Shown in pieces: positions 10,047 through 21,700 of a stretch of DNA of 64,000 bases; the first letter of the stretch is position 1; each line of letters opens with the position of its first letter. This DNA comes from an uncultured Planctomycetota bacterium (GTDB lineage Bacteria > Planctomycetota > Planctomycetia > Isosphaerales > Isosphaeraceae). Made by a program: the position numbers and the translations under genes. The notes under the pieces were generated by a model. That model was not told the DNA's origin and did no database searches. It saw only the letters and a program-made list of their open reading frames with translations. The stretch covers positions 1,824,001 through 1,888,000 of the forward strand of contig CAWGMQ010000005.1 in the NCBI GenBank assembly GCA_963823665.1, written 5' to 3'.

Positions 10047-11609
10047 ATGACGACGGCGGCCGATTCACTCCCCACCGATCTGGAAACCGCCCATCAGCTC
10101 ATCCGCGAGCTCTTGGAGACGCTGCGCCAGCAGACCGTCCTGAACGAGCACCTCCAGCATCAGCTCGAAAAGCTCCTGCGGCGGATCTACGGCCCCAGGA
10201 CCGAAAAGCTCGACCCCAACCAACTCCTCCTTTTCGCCCGCGAGATCTTGGAAGCAACCGGAGTCGACCCCGCTGCGGCCCCACCGGCTGCCGACGCGAA
10301 GACAACCGAGTCGGTTGGCCAAGCGGAACCAACCAAGAAGAACGGGCACGGTCGTAAGCCGCTGCCCAGGAGCCTCGAGCGCCGGCGCAAGGTCCACGAC
10401 GTTCTCCCCGAACTACTCCCGTGCCCCGACTGCGGCGTCATCCGCACCGGCATTGGCGAGGAGGTTCGCGAGCAGCTTGAATTTGTTCAGGCCAGCTTGA
10501 TTGTGGTCGAGCATGTGCGGCCCAAGTACGCGTGCAAGGCATGCCAGGCCAACGTGATCATTGCCGAACGACTTCCTGAGCCGATCGAGAAAGGTTTGCC
10601 TGGCCCAGGGCTCATGGCCCAGGTGATCGTCAGCAAGTACGCCGACCATTTGCCGCTTTATCGGCAGGAAGGAATCTTCCGCCGTCACGGCGTGGAGCTG
10701 TCTCGTCAGACGATGTGCGATTGGATGGCGGTCTCTGCCGAATTGTTGGAACCGATCGTCGCGGAGATGCACTGCGAGATCCTCAAATCGCGGGTCATTC
10801 AGACTGACGACACGCCAGTACCCGTTCTGGACCGGAGTTTGGGGAAGACGCGGACAGGCCGGCTCTGGGACTACCTGGGGGATCGCGATCATCCCCACGT
10901 GGTGTACGACTACACGCCGGATCGCAGCGGCGAGGGACCGCAGCGGATGCTCGATGGTTATGAAGGCTACCTTCAAGCCGACGCGTATTCGGCCTACGAC
11001 GCGATCTACGCCGGGAAGAAGATCATCGAAGTGGGGTGCTGGGCGCACGCGCGGCGGAAGTTCCACGAGTCCAAGTCGAGCGACGCGGTAAGGGCGCACG
11101 TGGCGATGGCCATGATTCAGCAGTTGTACAAGGTGGAGAAGGACACCAAGGATCAGGACGACGCGGTGCGCGGGGCATTGCGCCAGGAGCGTTCGAAGCC
11201 GATCTTGAATGAGATCCACGCTTGGTTGTTACAGGAAAAGAGTCGCGTATTGCCCAAGAGTCCGATCGGCGAAGCGATCGGGTATGCCTTGAATCACTGG
11301 CAGGCGCTCGAGAGATTCACCGAGGCGGGTTGGCTGTCGATCGACAATAACGCCAGCGAGCGCGGGATGAAGCCGGTGGCACTCGGTCGAAAGAATTGGT
11401 TATTCGCCGGGAGTGACGCCGGCGGCAAGACGGCGGCGACGCTGATGAGCTTGTGCATGACGTGCAAGAACGTGGGGGTGGATGCGTTTGCCTATCTGCG
11501 TGACGTGCTGGAGCGGATCAGCACGCACCCCGCGCGGCGAATCAGAGAGTTGCTGCCGGATCAGTGGAAGAAAGAACGGGTGGCAGCGGAGACGAAGCCG
11601 GTGGAGTGA
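10047..11609 (+). CDS. tnpC: IS66 DDE transposase TnpC
   Basis: CPDCG zinc finger, SKYADHLPLYRQ, TDDTPV, LQADAY, CWAHARRKF, IDNNASER, LGRKNWLF. Confidence 0.97.
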   Translation: MTTAADSLPTDLETAHQLIRELLETLRQQTVLNEHLQHQLEKLLRRIYGPRTEKLDPNQLLLFAREILEATGVDPAAAPPAADAKTTESVGQAEPTKKNGHGRKPLPRSLERRRKVHDVLPELLPCPDCGVIRTGIGEEVREQLEFVQASLIVVEHVRPKYACKACQANVIIAERLPEPIEKGLPGPGLMAQVIVSKYADHLPLYRQEGIFRRHGVELSRQTMCDWMAVSAELLEPIVAEMHCEILKSRVIQTDDTPVPVLDRSLGKTRTGRLWDYLGDRDHPHVVYDYTPDRSGEGPQRMLDGYEGYLQADAYSAYDAIYAGKKIIEVGCWAHARRKFHESKSSDAVRAHVAMAMIQQLYKVEKDTKDQDDAVRGALRQERSKPILNEIHAWLLQEKSRVLPKSPIGEAIGYALNHWQALERFTEAGWLSIDNNASERGMKPVALGRKNWLFAGSDAGGKTAATLMSLCMTCKNVGVDAFAYLRDVLERISTHPARRIRELLPDQWKKERVAAETKPVE

Positions 11610-11770
11610 CCGCGCTGGTCACGAGCAGAGAGCTTGCGCGCGTGCTGGTGCGGCCGGCGGTCGAGCGGGCCTGGATGCCCTCGGTGATCGGCCCCGAGCT
11701 CCCAGGCGCGCGAAGCAAGTCGCGCGCCGGCCGCGCGCATTTAGCCGCGTGTACTCCACCGGACGGTTAC

Positions 11771-14700
11771 CTCGTGATCGCGCCATTGGCCTCCGTTACC
11801 GTGATCTGGTTGCCGCCCGAATCGTAACCGTAGGTCGTCGTGTCACCGCTGGAATCAACCTCCGTTGTATTACGGTTGTCAGGGTTGTACGAGTATGATT
11901 CGTTTCCGCCGCTCCCGGGGTTCGATACGGTCGACTGCATTCCCGTGGCCGTATAGGAATATGTGGTTGTCTTTCCAAGAGGATCGATGACCGTCGCAAC
12001 CCAGCCCCGGTTGTCGTAGCTCGTCGTCGTCTGGCCGATCGGAGCCGACACCTGAATGACCTCGGAATCGCCGTCGTAGGCCGTTGTCGTATGGTTCCCC
12101 ATGGGGTCGATCACGACGATCGGACGGTCCAGCTCATCGTAACTCGTCGTGGTGGTCCGGCCCATGGGGTCCGTCGCGGTCACCTGGTTCCCATCGGAAT
12201 CGTAGCGGTAAGTGGTCTGCAAACCCAAGGGCGCGGTTACGGTAGTGACCCTATTCATAGTATCATATGCATATGTGGTAGTTCGTGCCCCCCCGCCGCT
12301 CGGCGTTGGCTCCTCGTCCACGGTCACATTGCCCCCGGCGTCAAGCACCAGCGTCGTGACACCGGCCAGGGCGTCGGTTGAACCGGTCTCCCGGTTCAGT
12401 GGGTCGAAACTGTAGGTGGTGGCCTTACCGGCATTATCGACAAACTTGATCACGTCACCCTGCGAATCGTAGGTGTACAGGTTAGTCGTTCCATCTGGAA
12501 ATTGAACCGTCGTCGCTCGATCCAATGAATCATACAGATATGTAGTTAGGTTATTATTAGCGTCGGTCACCGTTTTCAGACGCCCCGTCGAGGTGTAAGT
12601 CATCGCGGTCGAATCGAGCAGAGGATCCTCGATGAGCGTTAGGTTCCCGCCGGTGTACGTATAGCTCGTGGTGTTGCCACCCGCGTCGGTGTAGGTGAGC
12701 GGTTGAGAGTCGGAATTGAACGTGTAGATCTCTTCGTTCCCGTCTTCAAAAACGATGCTGACGGCATTGCCCTTGGAATCGTAGCCGAACTGGGTGTTCC
12801 GATTGTCCTGGTCGACGGCGATCGTAGGCAGGCCGTTCGAATTCCGGTCGAAGAGCTGGACGTCGCCCGAGGCGTCGATAGCGTTACCCGCTTGGCCCAT
12901 TCCCATCCAGTCGGGCTGGATGGTCGTGGTGTTGCTGTTCGGGCTCGTGTACGTGCTGCCCGCAACTGCGAGCAGCGTGGACGGCGCAGGGCTGCCCGAC
13001 GTGCCGCTGTTCGTCCAGCCCGCTTCCTGGTCGTTCGTGAAGTCCTCGGTGGTGCTATCTGGCCGGTTCACCGAGCTTACGCGCCCACCAGAATCGAAGT
13101 TTATGGTCGCGGTGTGCGAGAGTGGATCGGATATTTGCGTCATCTGACCACCCGAGGCGTAGCTATAGTTCCAGGTCGACGCGTCAGACAATTCCACCTC
13201 GGTCAAATTCCCGCCGGAGTGAGTAAACGTAACAGAACGCGAAGCCGGGTCTTCGATACTCTGGAGGTAACCGCCGCTGTAGGTGAAGGTCGTGTCGTTG
13301 CCGAGGTAATCCTCGATCGAAGTCAGATTACCCCCACTGTACGAATAGGTAGTATGGTTGCCATTCAAATCGATCGTCGACGTCTCGTAACCACCCGAAT
13401 TGAACGTGATTTGCGTGCCGTCGGTCAGGGTGTCGGTATAGGTTCCTCCTGAGTTCTTGACGAGCGTCGAGAACTCGCCGGCCGGGTCGGTATACGTGCC
13501 GCCGCCGCTGCCGCCGCCGGAAAACCACAGCGACCGCCCGTCATCTCCCAGGTCGAGAATCACCCCGCCCGATTCGGAATAGATTCGTTCGAGACCCTCC
13601 AGCGTCCACCCGGCGCCGAAGGCGTTGCTGGAATAGTTCAGCAAATTCGTACCGCCGCTATAGGTCAAGGTCGCCACTCCCGAACCGATATCCACCACCT
13701 GCGCCGAGTAAGTATACCGGCCGGTGCTGAGCGAGGTCGCGTTTGTGGCCTGGAGATTGATCTGTTGCACATCCCCCGTATTCAAAGCCGACGTACTCGT
13801 CGACGTGTTGTAGTAATACTTCGTCAGCGCCGTGCCGCCGTTGAAGGTGAGCTGGGCGCTCACCTGGCTCGGCACCGTGGCAGGAATCGTGTTCTCGACC
13901 GTGATGATCGGTTCGGGTTGCGCCGTCAGTGAATCATAAACCAGAGCGATGGCTGGGACATTCGGATTATAGCTGGGCAGGTCGATCTCGGTGTCGAGCG
14001 AGCCGCTGTTGGCATCGACCGTCGCGTTATCACTCGCGAACGGTGGTGACGACAGAAGCTGCTGGCTGGGTGCCAGCGAAGTCGCCCAGGTCGCATTCGT
14101 GCCGCCGCCGGACGCGCCGGTAGTCGTTCCATTCGGTAGCCAGAAGTCGTAGGTGTACGTCAGGGTTTGCGACAAGGTGTCCGTCACCGAAAGAGTCACC
14201 GAGGTGCCATAGCCGTACCCGGCCGGGTTGGTGCTGTCCCACCGGAAGTTGAGTTGGTCGGTGCTCGTACCCGATATGAGGGTTGCAGGCAAGCCACTAG
14301 TGTTCCAACTGTACGAAGATACAGTAGCGCCAGAAACCTGCGCGACGAGATCCATCCACCCGTCGAGCGTGGCGAGCTGCTGGACACCTGGGTACAAGAC
14401 GACCCCCGCCTGATTATCCAAGACGTACACATTGAACGGTTCTGATACGTCATCCGTGATGGGCGAGGAGTTCCCAATCACCGGGTCGGGAGTCGAACCC
14501 GGAGGCGGCGTGCTGCCACCGGACGGAGTCGACCCCGGGTCGGCAGCCGGGCTGAACGGCACAGCACCGTTGCCGCCCTGGTTGCTCTCGCCGGAAGCAG
14601 CGCCGGCGCCGGCGTGGACGAGCGAGATTCTCGGAACCGGACCCGCGCCCCCGGCCCCGGGCGATGCGACTTGTGTGCCGGCGCCGCTCGCCCCGGCGAC

Positions 14701-15327
14701 GGCCGCCAGTAACGCAGCCGACGCGCCGCCGCCGGCGCTCGCGGCCGGAGTGGATGCAGGTAAGCGCAGCGGCGTGATGGTACCGTGCGCGGTGTTCTGT
14801 GTCCCTCGCGACGCGCTCGTTCCACCGCGCGGTGCCTGCGCCGGCCCGCCACCCGGCCCCTTGGCCGGATGCCAGGGCTTAGAGATTCCCTCGGCGCCCT
14901 GGTCCGCTGCCGGCTTGGCGCTCAAGGTGAGCCAGTCGTTCGAAGCTTCGCTGCTCGAGCGGCGCCCGGCCGCGCCAGATGCTTCAGCCGCGGAGGAACC
15001 ACCCGTCCCGGCGATCTGACCAATGGCGAGCGCGTCGATCGACTTCAGGAGCTTGGCGGGGAGCGCGTACGGCCTGGCGCTGGAACTTCCTGACTTCTTT
15101 GCCGCGTCCTTGGCTGGCGCAAGCGCGTTGAGTGCGTGATTTGCGCTATCGGGATACATGAACCCAAGCTGGATCAAGTTGCGGATGGCGTTCGTCGCCA
15201 CCTCTACAAGGCTGACGGGCTCGGTTATCTGCGTCCTCGATTCAAGCCGGTCCAGGCGATCCACGTTCCGGCGAAGCATTCTGCGGCGGCGTTCGGTATA
15301 TCCGATGTGCAGGCGGAAAAGACCCAT
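11771..15327 (-). pseudogene. Rhs/YD-repeat toxin, N-terminal part (planctomycete-type RRR..LESR leader, Ala/Gly/Pro linker, YD repeats)
   Basis: ERRRRMLRRNVDRLDRLESR leader, FGAGWT motif, many YD repeats; ends at the IS66 boundary. Confidence 0.9.
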
Positions 15328-15443
15328 GGCGCGCTCCCTGAAATAGGCGCGGGGGCACTACCCTCGCTAGTCGTTCCCTCTGGTGGGGATGCTACTGGAT
15401 GTAAAAAGACGCGGTTGCGAACGAGGGACATCGACAGCAAAAT

Positions 15444-15749
15444 TCATTTCATTGGCGGACGCTCGTTGGGGTGACGGCCCGGTTTGAGCTTCGTTCGTTG
15501 ATTTCGTCGCCCGGTGCGGCGTGCTTGAGATGTCGGCACTCGGTAGGTGAACGTCGTGAAATTGCACAAATAGTCGAGAGTGGCTTCGATCGGCTCGTGC
15601 CCGGGGTGGTCCTCGAGCGGTTGCCCGGCAAGCTGCTGCGGAACAGTGAAGCTGATCGGCTCGGCGACGGCCGTCCTCGATTCGAGCCCGTCAACCTTCT
15701 TTAGCTTGCGTCGACGAGGCTCGGTGAGGTGCAGGCGGCGGAAACTCAT
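15444..15749 (-). CDS. Small ORF or remnant sharing the Rhs leader
   Basis: MSFRRLHLTEPRRRKLKKVDGLESRTAVAEPISF versus Rhs MGLFRLHI..ERRRR..VDRL..LESRTQITEPVSL; both are preceded by GGAGCGCGC. Confidence 0.55.
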   Translation of the reverse strand: MSFRRLHLTEPRRRKLKKVDGLESRTAVAEPISFTVPQQLAGQPLEDHPGHEPIEATLDYLCNFTTFTYRVPTSQARRTGRRNQRTKLKPGRHPNERPPMK

Positions 15750-16119
15750 AGCGCGCTCCTTGAGACGGTGGCGTGCTTGGCACCCCTGGGCGTTCCATGG
15801 AACCTCGCCGCCGCCTGAGCTGGCAGGTGAGGCGCTGAACCCGCGCCGAACGGGAACAGAGCACACGCTACCCGAAGGCACGCGGTGACAAACAAACAAA
15901 CGGTTCCCGTGTGAGCGCATGTCCGAATCTGCAATCGGACACCGTCGCGAGCGGAACAATAGCGGACTGGTTTGCCTCAGGCGTGGGTCAATGCATCTAC
16001 TGAGTTGAACCACGGCCTTTCGAGATCGGAATGTGATTCTTCTATATGTTATACAGTAACGAGACACCTGCCCCATTTCGAAAATCTGGAAAAACTCCGA
16101 GTTTTCGTCGAGAATTCTC

Positions 16120-16731
16120 TCATGTCCGCCCAAGGCCGCATGCACGCAGGAAGTCTCGGAGCTGCGGGACAACTCGGTGCAGGACGGACCGCACGCAGCC
16201 TTCCGTCAGACTCAACTCGTTGGCGATCTCCGGCACCGAGCGCAGTTTCACGAATCGCATAACCACAATCTGACGGTCGCGCTCGCGCAACCTCTCCGCG
16301 AACTCAGTAACACGCGCCTGGAACAACTCGTGTTGCTGCATGTGCTCAAGCTCGGCGTCAGGGCCCGGTTCGTGGTCGACTAACTCCTCTGTCGTGTACG
16401 CGTCCAACGGGCCCTCGCGCCGCTTGACTCGCCTGCGAACCCACCGCCACGCCTCGTGCGATGCAATCGACTTCACCCAGCTTTCAAGTTTGCCGCAAGC
16501 TGGATCAGGATCGAAGTCGGGTAGGTTCTCCAGCAACTTGGTCAGCACATCCTGGGTAACGTCCTCCGACACCGCTCTTGCGGGGCGAACTCGGCGGATC
16601 GAAGCGCCGATGAGCGTGAGGCACATGAGGTGGAACTCGTCCCAGGCCGAGCTCTCCTCGGTTGTTGCGAGACTCCGATCCAGCTTCGCAAGATAGCATT
16701 GGACCAGCGGCAACCGTTTTTGTTCAAACAT
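16120..16731 (-). CDS. ECF sigma-70 factor
   Basis: EDVTQDV...F......GKLESW (region 2); LRERDRQIVVMRF...SVPEIANELSLTEGCVRS (region 4); AAGGAG before ATG 16731. Confidence 0.85.
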   Translation of the reverse strand: MFEQKRLPLVQCYLAKLDRSLATTEESSAWDEFHLMCLTLIGASIRRVRPARAVSEDVTQDVLTKLLENLPDFDPDPACGKLESWVKSIASHEAWRWVRRRVKRREGPLDAYTTEELVDHEPGPDAELEHMQQHELFQARVTEFAERLRERDRQIVVMRFVKLRSVPEIANELSLTEGCVRSVLHRVVPQLRDFLRACGLGRT

Positions 16732-17353
16732 GTGAGTGCTCCTTAACATCATGTCAATCACACGCGATATGCAGATTACACACATGGGGAGCCGAGCCGG
16801 TTTCGCGCGGCGCTTGGCGGAGCCCTGCGGCGGCCGCACGCATGGACGCGCGCCGCGCAGTCCGCTCGTTCGCAGTTTGAATGCGCGAGATCGGCGTGTT
16901 CCACAGACAACATGCCGACGCGAAAATGAGCCCCTAGGCGGAGCTGGAATTAGCGTGATGCCGTGCGCACACCGATCCGTGGCGTTGCTCATGCGCCGCG
17001 CAGAACCGGCGGGCGCGCACAACGGCCCAGACAGATGAGATCGTCTTAATTCATCATGTGTTTAACAAGGCCCCCGCGTCCCTGCGAAACCAAGTCGCTC
17101 GCAGGAAGTGAGCATGCTCCACTCCATTGACCCGTGTGGAAACGCTCGCGAAAGCACCTATCCATGATTAAAAAGAGCAGAGACGGCCACTCTACCGGTC
17201 TCCACAGAGAAAGCATGTGGCCAGAAAGAGAATTCTTTACGATGAATAGGCAAAGCCTCAGCGAGCCGCAAAGAACCGTTCGGCCCGCCTAGTAATGGCT
17301 TGGACTACTGATGCGGATTTGTATTCGTACCCTTGGGCAGCTTACCGGCGACG

Positions 17354-18328
17354 TCACGGCACCATGACGATCGAGCCGATAGTCTTTCGCCCCTCCAGGT
17401 CGCGATGGACTTGCCCGGCCTCCGCGAGCGGGTAGCGGTGCCGGATCTCAACGTGTACCTTCCCCTCGCGGATCACCGCGAACACATCCTTGGCCGTCGC
17501 CTCCAGGTCCGCGCGAGTTGCCGTGTAGGCCCCGAGGGTCGGCCGGGTCAGGTAGAGCGAGCCCTTCTGGGACAGGATGCCGACATCAAACGGTTGCACT
17601 TTCCCGGAGGCATTGCCGAAACTCACCATCATTCCGAGGGGCTTCAAGCAGTCGAGCGAGGCCATGAACGTGTCTTTTCCGACCGAGTCGTAGACGACAG
17701 GAACGCCCGCTCCGCCGGTGATCTCCCGCACGCGCTTGGCGATATCCTCCCTGGTCGAGATGATGACGTGGTCGCAGCCGTGGGCCCTGGCGACGTCCGC
17801 CTTCTCATCCGACCCCACCGTCCCGATGACCGTCGCGCCGAGCGCCTTCAGCCACTGGCAGGCGATCAGTCCGACTCCTCCGGCGGCGGCATGGAACAAA
17901 ACCGTTTCGCCTGCCTTGACCGGGTAAGTCCGGCGGATCAGGTATTGCGAGGTCATGCCCTTGAGCATGACGGCCGCCGCGGTCTCGTCCGACACGCCAC
18001 CCGGAATCGGCACCAGGATACTCGCCGGGATCAGGCGACTCTCCGCGTAAGAGCCGGGCGGCCCTCCTCCATAGGCCACACGATCGCCGGGTTTGACGAC
18101 CGTGACGCCGGGGCCGACCGCCTCAACGATTCCGGCGGCCTCGCTGCCAATCCCCGTCGGCAAGGGGAGCGGGTACAGGCCGGAGCGGTGGTACGTGTCG
18201 ATTAAGTTGACGCCGACCGCAGTGTGGCGGATGCGGGCTTGACCCTCTCCCGGCTCGCCGACCTCGACGTCTTCCCATCGCATGACATCGGGGCTGCCGG
18301 TCTCGGTGATGCGCATGGCTTTCGGCAT
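17354..18328 (-). CDS. qor: NADPH:quinone oxidoreductase (zeta-crystallin/MDR family)
   Basis: GVNLIDTYHRSGLY, LKGMTSQYL, HAAAGGVG, VYDSVGKDTF, KGSLYLTRPTL. Confidence 0.95.
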   Translation of the reverse strand: MPKAMRITETGSPDVMRWEDVEVGEPGEGQARIRHTAVGVNLIDTYHRSGLYPLPLPTGIGSEAAGIVEAVGPGVTVVKPGDRVAYGGGPPGSYAESRLIPASILVPIPGGVSDETAAAVMLKGMTSQYLIRRTYPVKAGETVLFHAAAGGVGLIACQWLKALGATVIGTVGSDEKADVARAHGCDHVIISTREDIAKRVREITGGAGVPVVYDSVGKDTFMASLDCLKPLGMMVSFGNASGKVQPFDVGILSQKGSLYLTRPTLGAYTATRADLEATAKDVFAVIREGKVHVEIRHRYPLAEAGQVHRDLEGRKTIGSIVMVP

Positions 18329-18433
18329 TCGGGTTCTCCTGGTAACTCACTCAGCTCGGATGGTTTCCGCGATTATAGCGGCGGGGGAATTGGCGCACGA
18401 TGGGGCCGATCAACGGCTTGGAGTCAGTTTCGA

Positions 18434-18736
18434 TCAACAAGACGGCAGCGCGCTTGGCGGCTGTACGGAGAACAGTCTCGCAATCGCAGTCACATTGAGG
18501 TTGCCGAAGTTTTCATCGATCGCTCTTCGGAAAATGCTTCGTACAGCGCTCACGGTTGGCATCGATGCTTCTCCTCCCCCAGTTTGCACAGTGTAGCCCA
18601 GGTCCTTTTCGAGGAGCCGCACCGGGAACTGAGTCTCGAAGTTGTCCGTCAGCATCGATTCGGCGTCCCGGATGAGGTGAGGGTTCCACATGCGCGAACC
18701 CATCGCACCCAGCCCAAGAAATGCCACCTTGCTCAT
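18434..18736 (-). pseudogene. Internally deleted NAD(P)-dependent oxidoreductase (3-hydroxyisobutyrate/6PG dehydrogenase family), fused in frame to the kinase
   Basis: AGGAG RBS then MSKVAFLGLGAMGSRM, joined directly to the family C-terminus (NF..QFPVRLLEKDLGY). Confidence 0.8.
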
Positions 18737-21700
18737 GTTCAGGCTCCTGTTCGCCGCCTCGAGGTGCGGCTCGGCCTCGGTCCACTTCTTCTGCTCCAGG
18801 AGGCCCAGGCCGATCTGCGCGAGCAATCCGGCCAGTTGCGGGCTCTCCTTGGGGAGCGCCTTGCGGGCCTCGGGTAGTTGCTGCAAGAGCGAGCCGAGGC
18901 TCTGTGGGGCGTTCGCCTTCTTCAGCAGCGCCGCGACGTCGGTCCAGAGCTGGGAACACGCCTTCTGTTCTTCGCCTGAGAGATTGGCCAGGGCGGCCGC
19001 GTCGCGGATGCCGGCCAGGTCGGTGTCCTTTTGCCAGCCGCGCACCGTCTGCTGCACCGCGGCGCGGTCGGCGGGCTTGCCGCTCTCCAGTTGCTTGGTG
19101 CGCAGAGCCAGGTCGGCGCGGAGCCATTCGAGGGCCTGTTTGCGCAGGCGGGTGCGTTCCGCGTTGTCGAGCTTGGCCGCGTCCTCGCCCAGGCCGGCGG
19201 CGGCCAGCGATGCGAACCGGGCGGCGGCGTAGCGGTGGCCGGCGTTCAGGTCGTCGCCAGGTTTAGGGTCGGCAGCGAAGGCGGCGGCGTACAGGCTGGT
19301 TGCCGCGTGATGGAGCTTCTTGTTCTCGCACCAGTTGCCGAGGCCGAGGCGCTCGTCGCTGGTCGTCGGTTGGAACTGACCCTTCAGGAACACGAGGAGC
19401 TTGTCCTGGACGGCTGCCATGAGTTGGGCGTTCGCAAGCAGAGTCCGGGCCACGGCAAACGTCGGGTCAAGTTCGATGCCCTTCTTGTAGCAGGCGATGG
19501 CCTCGTCCACCTGGCCCTTGCCCTGCAGCGCAGTGCCCAGGTTGGCGTGGACTGCGGCTTGCTTCGGGGCGAGTTTAACGGCCTTGCGGAAGCAGACGAT
19601 GGCCGCGTCGTAATCCCGCTTCACATCGCACAAAATGGCACCCAGGTTGTTGTGTGCGATGGCGAAGTTCGGGTCGAGCTCGATGGCCTTCCTGTAGCAG
19701 GCGCTGGCCTCGTCCCACTGGCTCTTGTCCTTCAGTGCATTGCCCAGTTTTTCTTGGGCCGTGGCGTTCTTCGGGTCGAGTTCGATGGCCTTCCTGTAGC
19801 AGGCGATGGCCTCGTCCACCTGGCCCTTGTCCTTCAGCGCAGTGCCCAGGTTGATGTGAGGCGCGGCGAGCTTCGAGTCGAGTTCGATGGCCTTCCTGTA
19901 ACCGGCGATGGCCTCGTCCAACTGGCCTTTGCCTTTGAGCGCTCTGCCCAGGGCGAAGTGGGCATATGCGGAGCCTGGCTTGAGCCTGACCTCCTCACGT
20001 CCCGCGACGATGGCGGCTTCGAACGCCTCCTCGGCCTCGCGCGTCCGGCCAGTCGCCTTGAGCGCCTCGCCCAGACAACCGAGATGTCTTGCGTTGCCTC
20101 GACGTAATCCGCGGAGATCGCGGAACACGGCGATGGCCTCGTCGCGATCGCCCCGCTTGCCCAGGGAATGGGCCAGCTCGTGGGCGGTCTCGGGCCGGAT
20201 GGCGCGCGCGGCGGTGTAGAAGCGGATCGCCTCGTCGCCGCGCGACAGTTTCTCGAGCGCCTGCCCGAGCACGTAATTGATCCAGACATCCCGCGGGTGC
20301 CGCTCCTGGGTCTTGCGTAATACCGACTCGGCCAGCGCGGGGTCATCGGCTTTGATCAAACCCGACCCCAGCAGGTGCAGGCTGATCGGGCCCAGGGCGT
20401 CGTAGTTCGCTTTCTTTTCCAGGGCCTGCAAACGCGTCAGCCGGGCCGCCTTGTCGGGTTCGTTCAGGGCGTTGCGCAGGTCGGTCCGCCAGGGGTCGGG
20501 GTCGGCGATCTGTGCCGCCTGGCTCTGGCTCGCCGCACCGGCGGCGTCTTTTCGCTTGTCGCGGCGGACTGACTCCCAGTCGTCGAGAGCACTGGCCAGG
20601 GCCGTCGCGACGGAAGGTGGCCGAGCCTTGATCCTGGCGCCCGCCTCGGCCGGCGACAACCTGGCCACATCGATCCCGGCCTCACGGAAGGCGTCGGCGT
20701 AGTCGCGATCGCTGATCGAGCCGTCCTGGTCGTCGGCCTCGGCCGAGCGGATATCGACCAGGCGATCGAGCAGGGTCTTGTCGCGCTGGGCGGCATCTAG
20801 CCCAGCCTGGATTTCCTCGCGTAACGCGAGCAACCGAGGCGCCGCGGCCTCGTCACCGGCGGCCTCGGCCTGCTTGACCGCGGCCAGGGCGACCTGCCAG
20901 CGTGCGACGTCTTCGGGGTTCCCCTTGGCCTGGTCGCGAAGCGTGACCGCCTGGCCGACGATCCGGTCGACCGCCGCAGCCTGTTCGACTCGCAGACGGG
21001 CCCCTTCGGCTCGTTGCTGGAGGAAATAGGTCGTGCTCAGGCCACCCAGGGCTGTGAATGCAAGGATAGACGCCGCCAGCGCGAGCTGAACGCGGCGCCG
21101 CCGACGCTCCTCGACAGCCTTCGCCTCGGCCACGGCTCGCTCGCGTTCGGCTTGCTGGAGTCGCTCCTGAACGCCAGCCAGGTAGTCCGACAGCCCGTCG
21201 GCCACCGCCTGGGCATCCCTCAGCCGGTCGATGGCATCGGGCGACAGGCATTTCTTGGTCAAGGCGATGAGCTCTGCATCGGCGCCGCAGCCGTCGAGCC
21301 GCGCGGTGGCATCGGCCAGGTCGCCGTTGGCCGCCTTGCGCCGCACTTCCTCGCTGGACCGGCCCACATACGGCGCCTTGCCCGTCAGGATCTCGCACAG
21401 GATCGCGCCCAGGCCGAAAACGTCGGCGCGACGGTTGAGGTGGGCAATGTCGCCGCTGGCCTGCTCGGGCGCCATGTACGCCGGGGTGCCCAGGATCGAG
21501 CCGGCCTCGGTGTCGGTGCCGAAGCTACCGTGAAAGCCCGTGCTCCGCGCGGTGCGAATGACCGTTTCTTGCGGCTCTTGAAGAGCCCGGATGGCGCGTT
21601 CTTCATCATGAATACCCCCCTCGGCCAGGACCTTGGCGAGCCCCCAGTCCATCACCTGGACCTCGCCGAACGCCCCGACCATGATGTTCGCAGGCTTGAG

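Larger units (their letters stand above)
9140..11770 (+). mobile_element. IS66 family insertion sequence, complete
   Basis: Terminal inverted repeats GTAACCGTCCGGTGAAGTGCA and (reverse complement) GTAACCGTCCGGTGGAGTACA; tnpA-tnpB-tnpC order. Confidence 0.95.

Noticed and set aside
19440..19960. ~102-bp DNA repeats as a DGR or repeat array
   Set aside because: They encode tandem TPR units; no reverse transcriptase in the window.
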